A stretch of 49,721 nt of DNA from a virus (lineage: Duplodnaviria > Caudoviricetes), in the IMG/VR virus record IMGVR_UViG_3300031452_000170, positions 1 through 49,721 of that record; one strand, given 5' to 3'. This document shows, in pieces, positions 9,252-17,697 of the stretch (within the stretch, counting starts at the first letter, position 1; each line of letters starts with the position of its first letter). The notes under the pieces were generated by a model. It searched no databases and was not told the DNA's origin. It worked only from the letters and a program-made list of their open reading frames with translations. The position numbers and the translations under genes were made by a program.

Positions 9252-9280
9252 ACCCTAGCAGCTAGGGCGCGGGGAAGCAA
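9252..9280 (-). promoter_or_regulatory. Sigma70-type promoter TTGCTT-17-TAGGGT with palindrome CCCTAGCAGCTAGGG over the -10
   Basis: -35 at 9280-9275, -10 at 9257-9252, palindrome at 9253-9267. Confidence 0.65.
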
Positions 9281-9284
9281 GGCG

Positions 9285-9530
9285 CTAGAGCCGGGAGCCT
9301 CGGCGGATCTGGTCGACGCGCTGGGTGGAGAGGCCGGTCAGCTCGCCGAGCTGGGTCGGCCCCATGCCGGCGGCGTGCATCTCTCGGATCAGCCGGTCGC
9401 GCTGCTCGTCGATCTCCGCCAACGCCTTGGCGTGCGGCAACCGGCGCCGCATGAGGCTCTTCATCTCCCGCGTGAGCGCGGGCAACTCGGCGTCGTGCAA
9501 CAGCTTGGATCGATCCGAGGTGGTGGCCAT
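9285..9530 (-). CDS. Small HTH DNA-binding protein (paralog 1)
   Basis: RDRLIREMHAAGMGPTQLGELTGLSTQRVDQIRRG. Confidence 0.8.
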   Translation of the reverse strand: MATTSDRSKLLHDAELPALTREMKSLMRRRLPHAKALAEIDEQRDRLIREMHAAGMGPTQLGELTGLSTQRVDQIRRGSRL

Positions 9531-9550
9531 CGAGGGAGAACTCTACCTGC

Positions 9551-9579
9551 TTGACCACCCGGCGTCTAGCGGCTAGGGT
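9551..9579 (+). promoter_or_regulatory. Promoter TTGACC-17-TAGGGT with palindrome CTAGCGGCTAG; leaderless geometry
   Basis: -35 at 9551-9556, -10 at 9574-9579, ATG at 9586. Confidence 0.65.
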
Positions 9580-9585
9580 GGAGTC

Positions 9586-9624
9586 ATGACCCTCACCAGC
9601 TCGCTCTACAAGGCCGCCAGCGCT
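9586..9624 (+). pseudogene. 5' remnant (MTLTSSLYKAA) of the small basic gene found intact at 9943-10101
   Basis: Near-identical first 11 codons; homology ends where HTH paralog 2 ends. Confidence 0.6.
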
Positions 9625-9885
9625 CTAGATTCGCTCGCCCCGGCGGATCTGGTCGATGCGCTGCGGGGTCAGCTCGGTGATATCGGCGATCCGGGCGCGC
9701 TGGACACCGCCGGCGTGGGCGTCGCGGATCACCCGGTTTCGCTCCTCGTCGACCGCGGCGAGCGCCTGGGCGCGGGTCTTGCGTCGGCGCATCACGGCGA
9801 TCAGGTCGCGCTCGAGCTTTCCCACGTCGGGCCCAGGCCGGGGTGGCCGGGCACGGTTGGCGGGATAGTGGCGGGTCTCGGCCAT
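9625..9885 (-). CDS. Small HTH DNA-binding protein (paralog 2)
   Basis: RNRVIRDAHAGGVQRARIADITELTPQRIDQIRRG; aligns with 9285-9530. Confidence 0.8.
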   Translation of the reverse strand: MAETRHYPANRARPPRPGPDVGKLERDLIAVMRRRKTRAQALAAVDEERNRVIRDAHAGGVQRARIADITELTPQRIDQIRRGERI

Positions 9886-9903
9886 GCGCGCAGGATACCG
9901 CGC

Positions 9904-9933
9904 TTGACAGACGCAGACCAACCCCGCTAGATT
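9904..9933 (+). promoter_or_regulatory. Near-consensus promoter TTGACA-18-TAGATT
   Basis: -35 at 9904-9909, -10 at 9928-9933, ATG at 9943. Confidence 0.7.
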
Positions 9934-9942
9934 CGTCCCGCG

Positions 9943-10101
9943 ATGACGCTCACCAGCTCGCTGTACAGGGCCGCCCGCCTGTCGGCCACCACCCGGGCGA
10001 TCGCCTCCGGGGACCCGAAGCGGATCGCCCGCCGGGCTCGCAACGTGGCCAAGGGCCGGGCGCTGGCCCGCGCCGGGGTGTGGGGCAAGCTGTGGCGATG
10101 A
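9943..10101 (+). CDS. Small basic amphipathic protein, 52 aa (not in ORF track)
   Basis: MTLTSSLYRAARLSATTRAIASGDPKRIARRARNVAKGRALARAGVWGKLWR; directly behind a consensus promoter. Confidence 0.7.
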   Translation: MTLTSSLYRAARLSATTRAIASGDPKRIARRARNVAKGRALARAGVWGKLWR

Positions 10102-10105
10102 GCTG

Positions 10106-10375
10106 ATGCGTAGACCACGGTGGCGCAAGATGACGTGGGTGCTGGTGGCCTGGTGCGTACTAATCCTGATCTGGGCGGCGTCGGGTAGCGCCGCGAACAA
10201 CTGCTCCGGCCGGCGGGGCAGCGAGTTCCTCTCGGCGCACGCGGCGCAGCAGGCCTGCCAGGCGGGGACGGGGATCGGGGTGGCGATCATCGGGTTCATC
10301 GGGTTCATCGGGTTCGTGTTCTTCTCGCTGATCTGGATGATGAGCCGGCCACGCGAGCGCGGTCCCGCCGTCTAG
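10106..10375 (+). CDS. Two-TM membrane protein with a Cys pair in the loop
   Basis: Two hydrophobic helices flanking NNC...QQAC. Confidence 0.75.
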   Translation: MRRPRWRKMTWVLVAWCVLILIWAASGSAANNCSGRRGSEFLSAHAAQQACQAGTGIGVAIIGFIGFIGFVFFSLIWMMSRPRERGPAV

Positions 10376-10420
10376 CCGAGCCACCCCTCCCCCCTTCCCC
10401 AGCCGGCCCTCAACGACGAA

Positions 10421-10452
10421 GCGCCCCTCGAGCTCGAAAGCTCAAGGGGCGC
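10421..10452. terminator. Hairpin between convergent transcription units
   Basis: GCGCCCCT-c-GAGCT-cgaa-AGCTC-a-AGGGGCGC. Confidence 0.7.
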
Positions 10453-10548
10453 GTTCATCAGGGAGGAGACGGGTCACTGCTGAGCCCTCGCAGCGCCTAG
10501 GCGCCCGAGGGTGATGTGGTCCTCCGCCCGGGGGCGAAGCTCTTGGGT

Positions 10549-11010
10549 CTACGCGGCCGGTGGGGGGACGGGCTGGAGCTGGTCCGGTCGAGCGGGAGCC
10601 GACGCGGTCTCGGGCGCGGGCGAGGCTGCGGCTGACTTGACCGCCGCCTCCCCGAACAGACCGGCCACCAGGGTCTGCACCTCGGTCTTGACCTTGTCCT
10701 CCAGGTCGGGGATCGACTTGGTATCGACGGCGTCCTTGACCAGACTGGTGAAGTCCACGCGACCGAGCTCGGCACGGGCGGCTTCGATCGCACCGCCCTC
10801 CACGTCCCTGGTCGAGACGTTGGAATCGGCGAGCTTGTGGATGGCGTTGGCGAGCAGGAACACGGCGGCGACCACCGTCGTGCCGGCGGCGATCAGGTTC
10901 TGCTTGTCGGGTCCGAACGCGGGGACGAACGCGACGATCCAACCGATGACGGTGACCACGGCGGCGGTGACCGAGGCCTGGGTGATGGTGAGATGTGACT
11001 GCTTGCGCAT
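10549..11010 (-). CDS. Putative holin / two-TM membrane protein
   Basis: Two N-terminal TM helices, charged tail, AAGGAG RBS, last gene of the lysis region. Confidence 0.6.
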   Translation of the reverse strand: MRKQSHLTITQASVTAAVVTVIGWIVAFVPAFGPDKQNLIAAGTTVVAAVFLLANAIHKLADSNVSTRDVEGGAIEAARAELGRVDFTSLVKDAVDTKSIPDLEDKVKTEVQTLVAGLFGEAAVKSAAASPAPETASAPARPDQLQPVPPPAA

Positions 11011-11044
11011 GGCGCTCTCCTTGAACGGGTGGGGTGAGAAAGGG

Positions 11045-11563
11045 TTAGGGCACGCGGTAGTAGGCGCCGAGCTCGGCGGGGGTCATCGACGCCGGGTTGG
11101 CAGGGAAGTTCGCAGCGCCGCGGACCAGCATTTGCGCCGCCAGGCCCGAGCAGATCTGGGTGCCGTCCGCCCCGAACCACAGGCCCCGTCCGGGGGTCAG
11201 GAACCGCAGCGCGATCCCGACGTCGGTGAGGAACCCGTAGCGCTGCCCGATGCAGCTCTGCAGGAACGCGAGCGCCTGCGCCTGGTCGTGCTCGTCGAGG
11301 CCGGCGCGCACGAGCACGTAGCTGACGTCGCGATAGTCGCTCAGGGGCGAGCGCACCACCCCGCGGGTCAGCGCCTCGATCAGCTCACCGTCGGGGGTGG
11401 CGATACAGGCGACGTGGGAGAAGCGCGCCCATGGCCGCTGGCTGGGACGCAGCCACTGACCGAGGCGGATCAGCCCGGGAACCACGCCCTGGCGGTTGAC
11501 CAGGATGAAGTCGCCGATGCTCGGTGCTTGGGCGTCCTGGCCGGCGGGGACGCTCTCGGGCAT
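11045..11563 (-). CDS. Permuted papain-like NlpC/P60 (YiiX/YebB-like) hydrolase
   Basis: GDFIL...FSHVAC...IEA...IGQRYG...ICSGL with His preceding Cys; TGATG overlap. Confidence 0.75.
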   Translation of the reverse strand: MPESVPAGQDAQAPSIGDFILVNRQGVVPGLIRLGQWLRPSQRPWARFSHVACIATPDGELIEALTRGVVRSPLSDYRDVSYVLVRAGLDEHDQAQALAFLQSCIGQRYGFLTDVGIALRFLTPGRGLWFGADGTQICSGLAAQMLVRGAANFPANPASMTPAELGAYYRVP

Positions 11564-12351
11564 CAGGCGGCGAGCGCTTGCAGGTCGGCGCTCAGCTGGG
11601 TGACGTTCAGACCCTCGGGCGACTTGCCCGCCACCAGCATCTCGGGCATGAACAGCGCCCATGCCTCGTCGACCTGCGCCTCGAGGAACGACTCGGAGGC
11701 GTCCTGGTCGCGCGCCCATGTCTCGACCTTCGGCCATTGGCGGCGGGCGTCGAGGAAGATCGCGTGGCCACCGTCGACCGTTGCGCCGGGGACGGGCTGC
11801 CACACCTGGCCGGCGTTGAACTGCTCCATCGCCGAGCTCGGGAACTGGATGCCGAGGCCGACGCCGATGTCGAGCTGCGCCAGCGCCCGGAACCACGCGA
11901 GATGGCCGCCGGGGGGGATCGCCACGAACGCACCGAGCTTGTGCCGGACGCCAGCGCTGTCGGCGAAGCCGGTGGTGCGCCACCAGTTCAGGGCGGTGCG
12001 CATGTCGGTGCCGTTGTCGGTCGAGGCGTCGCCGATCACGTAGCCGGTGACCTCGGAGTAGGCCGCGATGACCTCCTTGCCGGTGATCGGCGGGACGGGC
12101 GCGCCGGCGATCCCGGCGGCCAGGCGGATGGCGTTGGCGATGAACGCGAGCACGCAGCACCCCGCGCCACCGAAGCCGGGCGCCACGCTGTCATCAGGAC
12201 CGTTTCCGAGCATCAGCCGCGGCTGGGGCATCTTGTCCTCGTGGCCGAGGTTCCACGGCACGTGGATCGGTGCGGCCAGGTCGAGATAGTCGGCGATCGT
12301 CAGGTCCCGTATGTCGGTGCTGGCGGGATGCTTGCCGAGGTGCAGGGTCAC
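11563..12351 (-). CDS. Putative papain-like cysteine peptidase
   Basis: MLGN...GCCVLA, DNGTDM..AL.WWR, GGHAI...TW. Confidence 0.6.
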   Translation of the reverse strand: MTLHLGKHPASTDIRDLTIADYLDLAAPIHVPWNLGHEDKMPQPRLMLGNGPDDSVAPGFGGAGCCVLAFIANAIRLAAGIAGAPVPPITGKEVIAAYSEVTGYVIGDASTDNGTDMRTALNWWRTTGFADSAGVRHKLGAFVAIPPGGHLAWFRALAQLDIGVGLGIQFPSSAMEQFNAGQVWQPVPGATVDGGHAIFLDARRQWPKVETWARDQDASESFLEAQVDEAWALFMPEMLVAGKSPEGLNVTQLSADLQALAA

Positions 12352-12782
12352 GGGGTCTCCTTGGGTTTGAGGGCGTCGATGGCGGCGAGCACGTCGGCCA
12401 GGCCGCCCTCGGTGTGGGCGTCGAGGGCGTCGAGGATCCGCTCGGTGTCATCGAAGGTCTGGCTCGAGCGGGCGTCTGAGGCCGCGGACTGCACGGCCTG
12501 GCCGACCATGATCACGCTGAGCAGCACGAGCTGGAGGAACGTCTGGGCGATCCAGGCGATCAGGCCCTCACCGCCCGGTTTCAGCGCCGGGCCCAGCCCG
12601 AGCAGGGCGATGATCGCGAACACGTAGGCGCACCACATCGAGCCGACCAGCTTGGTGATCAGCACCGCGAGCTTGGCGTTCAGCCCGTCGACCTCACCCA
12701 TCGCGCGTCTGATCGCCGTCGGTGTCGGGTGAATCGCTCCGGCCAGGTGATGGCGTGCCTTCACGGGTCCAGCCGGGCTCAT
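12348..12782 (-). CDS. DUF1003-like membrane protein
   Basis: ITKLVGSMW..Y.F...LQLVLLSVIMVGQ...D pattern. Confidence 0.7.
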   Translation of the reverse strand: MSPAGPVKARHHLAGAIHPTPTAIRRAMGEVDGLNAKLAVLITKLVGSMWCAYVFAIIALLGLGPALKPGGEGLIAWIAQTFLQLVLLSVIMVGQAVQSAASDARSSQTFDDTERILDALDAHTEGGLADVLAAIDALKPKETP

Positions 12783-12973
12783 GCCGGATCCTTGGCCGGG
12801 TCCACCTGGCGCCACCGCTCACGGAGCTCTCCGCGCTGTAGCTCCTCCAGCCGGTCGGTGGCGAGGTCGACGATGATCACGCTCTCGACGTCGGTGCGGA
12901 CGACCTCCACCAGTCGCCGCCCGTCGGTGAAGTACGCCCCGAGCGGCGGCGAGCAGGCTTGGCGACCGCGCAT
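12779..12973 (-). CDS. Small hypothetical protein
   Basis: GAYFTDGRRLVEVV...WRQV; ATGA overlap. Confidence 0.55.
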   Translation of the reverse strand: MRGRQACSPPLGAYFTDGRRLVEVVRTDVESVIIVDLATDRLEELQRGELRERWRQVDPAKDPA

Positions 12974-12984
12974 CACGGCGGGGC

Positions 12985-13935
12985 TCACCCGAGCACGATC
13001 ACGGACAGCCCATGCAACCGCGGGCCGCGATGGGCGATCCCGTAGGTCGCGTGACCGTGGCTCAGCGGGTGGTGGGCGACGTAGTACAGGCGGTCGCGGA
13101 GCAGCCGGGCGTGGTAGTGGGTGGAGCGGCACACCGGGCGGCGAGCCGGGTCCTCGCACTTCTTCGCGTGCCAGGTGCTGACGGTCCCGTGCTCGCTAGC
13201 CCTGACGCCGTGGGAGAGCCGGAACACGGTGCTCGGGTAGATCGCGTACGGGTCTGGGGGCGGGGCGGGCTTGCCCAGGCCGGCGAACGCGAGGGTGACG
13301 GTGCTCTCGTCGAGGTTCTGCCCGCGGCTCTGGTCGGTCCACTGGGTGGCGTCGAAGCCGGCGTCGATGTGCGCGTAGTAGTCGTAGTGCGCGTCCCACT
13401 TCCAGATCGACGCGCGGGAGATGCCGCCGCCGGCGAGGTCAGAGAAGATCGACTCGTACCACGTCGAGAGGGAGGCGTAGATGCAGGGCTTGGGATCGCC
13501 GTGGGCTCGCTCGTAGCCGACCCAGAAGACGACTTGGGAGGGCGAGGCGTCGCCGGGCTCCACGTCGAGGCAGTGCGCCTGGTGGCTGGCGCTGATCGCG
13601 ATCGAGATGATCCTGGCGTGCGGGTAGAGCCGCACGAACAGGCCGTAGGTGGGCCAGTAGCCGCTGGTGTAGCCGGCGGCGACCCGGGCGCCGGCCGGGA
13701 TGTTCGCCTGGATCGAGTCGAACATCTCGACGGTGGGCGTGGCCGTGGCCGTGGGGGCGAGCGCCCTGGGGAGGTTCGGGACCTTCTCGTGGCCGAACGC
13801 GCAGGCGTGCGCGCTCACTCCCTGCGGGGTGCGGCAGGACTGCTGGTGTGACGGGGATGGGGCCGGATGGCTACCTCCGCCGCAGCCAGCGATCAGCATG
13901 GCCAGGAGGCCGAGGAGTGCTAGGTAGCGCCGCAT
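12985..13935 (-). CDS. Lipoprotein with GH25-like (muramidase-type TIM barrel) domain; candidate endolysin
   Basis: Signal peptide with lipobox LIAG-C; LDVEPGD, PCIYAS, WDAHY, ATQWT...LDES; AAAGGAGG RBS. Confidence 0.7.
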   Translation of the reverse strand: MRRYLALLGLLAMLIAGCGGGSHPAPSPSHQQSCRTPQGVSAHACAFGHEKVPNLPRALAPTATATPTVEMFDSIQANIPAGARVAAGYTSGYWPTYGLFVRLYPHARIISIAISASHQAHCLDVEPGDASPSQVVFWVGYERAHGDPKPCIYASLSTWYESIFSDLAGGGISRASIWKWDAHYDYYAHIDAGFDATQWTDQSRGQNLDESTVTLAFAGLGKPAPPPDPYAIYPSTVFRLSHGVRASEHGTVSTWHAKKCEDPARRPVCRSTHYHARLLRDRLYYVAHHPLSHGHATYGIAHRGPRLHGLSVIVLG

Positions 13936-13966
13936 GGGCGCCTCCTTTCAGTAGTGGAGGATCGTG

Positions 13967-14452
13967 CTACCGGCGCGGCAGGCTGCGTCGCAGCCGGATG
14001 ATCCGCAGGAACGTCCGCGGTGTAGGGCGTGGCCGTCGAGCGAAGTTCAGGTGGTGATACTCGGAGCCAGCGGGGTACGGGCGCCACAGACGCCAGCCGT
14101 AACGCGCCGCGGCGTGAATCATCCGATCCACGTCCGAGTCGTTCACGTCGAAGCCGATCTGCCACCACGCGAGGTCATGGCCACGCGGGACGTTGTAGGC
14201 CGCCCCGTCTGACTTCTGCTCGTGCGTGGAGAAACCGGGAGGGTTCGCCGGGTTCCCCTGCCCGTCGAGGTAGAGCTGGTAGAGCTGTCGTTGCGAGTGC
14301 TTGCCGTGGCGGTTGAGGATGCTCTCGGCGTCCTGCCCGCGATAGATCGAGTTGATCGTCGCCCGCGCGTCGTTGGCGACGATCGCGACGTAGGGCGCCA
14401 GGTTCTTCGGGCACGGGGCGCCTTGAATGACGCGGAAGTCGTGGTGTCGCAT
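13967..14452 (-). CDS. M15-family zinc peptidase (endolysin catalytic domain)
   Basis: SIYR...Q..LY, ANPPGFSTHE, FDV, EYHHL. Confidence 0.75.
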   Translation of the reverse strand: MRHHDFRVIQGAPCPKNLAPYVAIVANDARATINSIYRGQDAESILNRHGKHSQRQLYQLYLDGQGNPANPPGFSTHEQKSDGAAYNVPRGHDLAWWQIGFDVNDSDVDRMIHAAARYGWRLWRPYPAGSEYHHLNFARRPRPTPRTFLRIIRLRRSLPRR

Positions 14453-14473
14453 GAGCCTCTCCCCTTCCGGAGG

Positions 14474-15103
14474 TCAGGTGCAGGTGTAGTGGCCGGATCC
14501 GGACGGGTCGGTGCACGTAAACGTCTGCGTGAGGTACGTGAAGGTGAATGACTGCGGTTCGGGTCCCGCTGGTCCTTGAGGTCCGGGCACAGTGCTCGCC
14601 GCTCCCATGGGACCGGGTGGGCCCGTGGGGCCTGCCGGGCCATCCTTGCCGGCCGGGCCAGTGTCGCCCTTCGGCCCGAAGGGTCCCGCGCTCCCGGCGA
14701 TGCCGTTACTGCCGCTCGGGCCGGGGATGGTGCTCGCGGCACCCGCCGGTCCGTGCAGGCCCCTTGGGCCTATGGCACCCAGTCCCACCATTCCTGACGG
14801 GCCGATTGGGCCCGTGGCACCCGGGGGACCCGGGGGACCCAGGACGCCTTCCCTGCCCGGCACCCCGGGCAGTCCGGCCCGGCCTTGCAGGTAGCGCACG
14901 AGCTTCTTCGAGCGCCGGTCTGCGGTCGCGGCGAGGTGGTGATTGCCGGAGGCGAGCTGGTGCAGCTTGGCCTGCTGGGCTTGCAGCGAGTCCTGGGCGG
15001 ACGAGAGTTGAGAGCCGAGGTCGATCGCCAGGTAGGCGACGCCAGCCACTAGGCCAACGAACGCCAGCACGAGCACCATCGCTATCACGCGGGCGCGTCT
15101 CAT
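14474..15103 (-). CDS. Collagen-like protein with N-terminal TM anchor (copy 1)
   Basis: TM helix, coiled coil, Gly-X-Y repeats, C-terminal TC...YTC. Confidence 0.85.
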   Translation of the reverse strand: MRRARVIAMVLVLAFVGLVAGVAYLAIDLGSQLSSAQDSLQAQQAKLHQLASGNHHLAATADRRSKKLVRYLQGRAGLPGVPGREGVLGPPGPPGATGPIGPSGMVGLGAIGPRGLHGPAGAASTIPGPSGSNGIAGSAGPFGPKGDTGPAGKDGPAGPTGPPGPMGAASTVPGPQGPAGPEPQSFTFTYLTQTFTCTDPSGSGHYTCT

Positions 15104-15534
15104 AGCGCATGCACTGCGGAGAGGAGCGCGACCATGACCCCGAGCAGCGTCACGATCACGGCAGCGGCAGCCCAGAACGCGGACCATCTGCCCAGCTGCG
15201 ACTTCTGCGCATCCTCGAGCCTCTTCTGCAACGCCAGATCGACCGCCTCCTTCGTCTCAGCTTTCGCTACCAGGTCACGGATCGAATCGTGCAAGCTGTC
15301 GATGCTCTGGGTCTGTTCCTCCGAGCGCTTCGCGGCAAGTCGGATGTTCCCGTTGACCGCGTTGAGTCTCGACTCGTGGCTATTGATATGGCCGCGAGTC
15401 TCTCTCTCGGCGTCCTGCCCGCGATAGATCGAGTTGATCGTCGCCCGCGCGTCGTTGGCGACGATCGCGACGTAGGGCGCCAGGTTCTTCGGGCACGGGG
15501 CGCCTTGAATGACGCGGAAGTCGTGGTGTCGCAT
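15100..15534 (-). CDS. In-frame chimera at the duplication junction: M15 peptidase N-terminus fused to membrane-protein C-terminus
   Basis: First about 43 aa equal 13967-14452; the rest equals the C-terminus of 16182-16655. Confidence 0.6.
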   Translation of the reverse strand: MRHHDFRVIQGAPCPKNLAPYVAIVANDARATINSIYRGQDAERETRGHINSHESRLNAVNGNIRLAAKRSEEQTQSIDSLHDSIRDLVAKAETKEAVDLALQKRLEDAQKSQLGRWSAFWAAAAVIVTLLGVMVALLSAVHAL

Positions 15535-15555
15535 GAGCCTCTCCCCTTCCGGAGG

Positions 15556-16185
15556 TCAGGTGCAGGTGTAGTGGCCGGATCCGGACGGGTCGGTGCACGT
15601 AAACGTCTGCGTGAGGTACGTGAAGGTGAATGACTGCGGTTCGGGTCCCGCTGGTCCTTGAGGTCCGGGCACAGTGCTCGCCGCTCCCATGGGACCGGGT
15701 GGGCCCGTGGGGCCTGCCGGGCCATCCTTGCCGGCCGGGCCAGTGTCGCCCTTCGGCCCGAAGGGTCCCGCGCTCCCGGCGATGCCGTTACTGCCGCTCG
15801 GGCCGGGGATGGTGCTCGCGGCACCCGCCGGTCCGTGCAGGCCCCTTGGGCCTATGGCACCCAGTCCCACCATTCCTGACGGGCCGATTGGGCCCGTGGC
15901 ACCCGGGGGACCCGGGGGACCCAGGACGCCTTCCCTGCCCGGCACCCCGGGCAGTCCGGCCCGGCCTTGCAGGTAGCGCACGAGCTTCTTCGAGCGCCGG
16001 TCTGCGGTCGCGGCGAGGTGGTGATTGCCGGAGGCGAGCTGGTGCAGCTTGGCCTGCTGGGCTTGCAGCGAGTCCTGGGCGGACGAGAGTTGAGAGCCGA
16101 GGTCGATCGCCAGGTAGGCGACGCCAGCCACTAGGCCAACGAACGCCAGCACGAGCACCATCGCTATCACGCGGGCGCGTCTCAT
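15556..16185 (-). CDS. Collagen-like protein with N-terminal TM anchor (copy 2)
   Basis: Identical to 14474-15103. Confidence 0.85.
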   Translation of the reverse strand: MRRARVIAMVLVLAFVGLVAGVAYLAIDLGSQLSSAQDSLQAQQAKLHQLASGNHHLAATADRRSKKLVRYLQGRAGLPGVPGREGVLGPPGPPGATGPIGPSGMVGLGAIGPRGLHGPAGAASTIPGPSGSNGIAGSAGPFGPKGDTGPAGKDGPAGPTGPPGPMGAASTVPGPQGPAGPEPQSFTFTYLTQTFTCTDPSGSGHYTCT

Positions 16186-16655
16186 AGCGCATGCACTGCG
16201 GAGAGGAGCGCGACCATGACCCCGAGCAGCGTCACGATCACGGCAGCGGCAGCCCAGAACGCGGACCATCTGCCCAGCTGCGACTTCTGCGCATCCTCGA
16301 GCCTCTTCTGCAACGCCAGATCGACCGCCTCCTTCGTCTCAGCTTTCGCTACCAGGTCACGGATCGAATCGTGCAAGCTGTCGATGCTCTGGGTCTGTTC
16401 CTCCGAGCGCTTCGCGGCAAGTCGGATGTTCCCGTTGACCGCGTTGAGTCTCGACTCGTGGCTATTGATATGGCCGCGAGTCTCTGCACGCCACTCGCCC
16501 TCCTCGAACGCGAGTGCCCGGGCGCGCTCGATTACTTCCTCCTTGAGGTGCCGAGCGCGTTCCTCACGCTCCTCGACGAGATCGTCGGCGCGGACTTGCC
16601 GGTCGGGGCGGCCGCGTTCCCGGCTGAGGTCTCGGACTTCTTCCTCGTCAGCCAT
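16182..16655 (-). CDS. Coiled-coil protein with C-terminal TM helix (lysis-associated)
   Basis: Heptad-rich body ending [22 protein letters not shown]. Confidence 0.75.
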   Translation of the reverse strand: MADEEEVRDLSRERGRPDRQVRADDLVEEREERARHLKEEVIERARALAFEEGEWRAETRGHINSHESRLNAVNGNIRLAAKRSEEQTQSIDSLHDSIRDLVAKAETKEAVDLALQKRLEDAQKSQLGRWSAFWAAAAVIVTLLGVMVALLSAVHAL

Positions 16656-16695
16656 AGGTTCTAAGAGTCCTGTTGATCGGGGTCGTAGCCGGGCA

Positions 16696-17697
16696 TCAGG
16701 CGGCGAGAACTTCCATCACGGCAGGGCCGGCCCCTCCAGCATTGGTGCCGCCCGGGCCGGCGTACACGTAGGCGGTTCCGTTGGCTGTCGCCGCCCAGTC
16801 GTACTGGTAGCGGGCGCCGGGGGTGAGGCCGCTCAGCAGGAACTCGGGGCTCACGAACGCACCGCCGCCGACGCTGTCGCTGAAGAGGATGGTCGTCGGG
16901 ATGCCTACGGGTGCCGTGGTGCCGTGCGCCACGAGATACCAGGTGTGGGAGGTGTTGGCGGCCGCATACGCGAGCGCCCGTAACCGCACGATCACCGCGC
17001 CGCTGGGGGGGGCGGTGCACGCGACCGTTAAGTCCCCGGGGTCGAGGACCTGCCCGGCGGCCCCGACTGCTCCCAACGCGGCGGTGAAGCCCTGCTCTGC
17101 TGGGGGTGCGTAGAGCGTGCGGCCGAGCAGCTGGCCGGGCTGGGTGAGTGTCTGGAGCGTGCCGGCCGTGTTGAGGATGTCGGCGGTGAGGATCGATAGG
17201 GCGTTGGCGGGGACCAGCACGTAGCCGAGCACCGTCGAGTTGGTGGGCACGGCACCTACGCCGGCGAGGGCGCCGCTGCCGGTGAGGGCGGCGGCGGCGG
17301 TCGGGGTGCCGGTGAGCACCGCCAGCTGGGCGGAGTTGGTGGAGCCGCCGTACTGGGCGTCCTGGATCTGCACGATGATCGTGTCGACCCGCGGGTTGGT
17401 GGCGTTCGCGGCGGAGATCGGCAGGGTCACCGGCGCGTCGTTCTCGGAGAAGTACATGCCCTGGGGCTGGTAGGCCCCGCCACCGGGGTTGATCGTGGCG
17501 AGGCTCGACCCGGGGGTCCAGAGTCGTCCGGCGGCGACCTGCACCGCCATCGAGGGGGCGCCGAGCTGCGCGACGGCGAGGTCCCCGGGGCTCAGCACGC
17601 CGCCGGCGGGACCGAGCAGGCTGGCTATCGCCTCCCGGAACAGCTGGGCGGAGTGCGAGGAGCCCTGCAGCGCGTAGGGGGTGGCGGTGAGGGTCAC
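16696..17697 (-). CDS. Minor tail protein / receptor-binding candidate
   Basis: GTG 17697; PSMAVQVAAG...NPRVDTIIVQIQD...G motif of actinophage minor tail proteins. Confidence 0.8.
   Translation of the reverse strand: MTLTATPYALQGSSHSAQLFREAIASLLGPAGGVLSPGDLAVAQLGAPSMAVQVAAGRLWTPGSSLATINPGGGAYQPQGMYFSENDAPVTLPISAANATNPRVDTIIVQIQDAQYGGSTNSAQLAVLTGTPTAAAALTGSGALAGVGAVPTNSTVLGYVLVPANALSILTADILNTAGTLQTLTQPGQLLGRTLYAPPAEQGFTAALGAVGAAGQVLDPGDLTVACTAPPSGAVIVRLRALAYAAANTSHTWYLVAHGTTAPVGIPTTILFSDSVGGGAFVSPEFLLSGLTPGARYQYDWAATANGTAYVYAGPGGTNAGGAGPAVMEVLAA

Larger units (their letters stand above)
14322..16485. repeat. Head-to-tail tandem duplication, 2 x 1082 bp (14322-15403 and 15404-16485)
   Basis: Identical ORF translations offset by 1082; no differences seen by eye. 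Confidence 0.95.

Noticed and set aside
14322-16485. DGR template/variable repeat pair or IS-mediated duplication
   Set aside because: Copies appear identical with no adenine-specific mismatches; no RT, transposase or terminal inverted repeats
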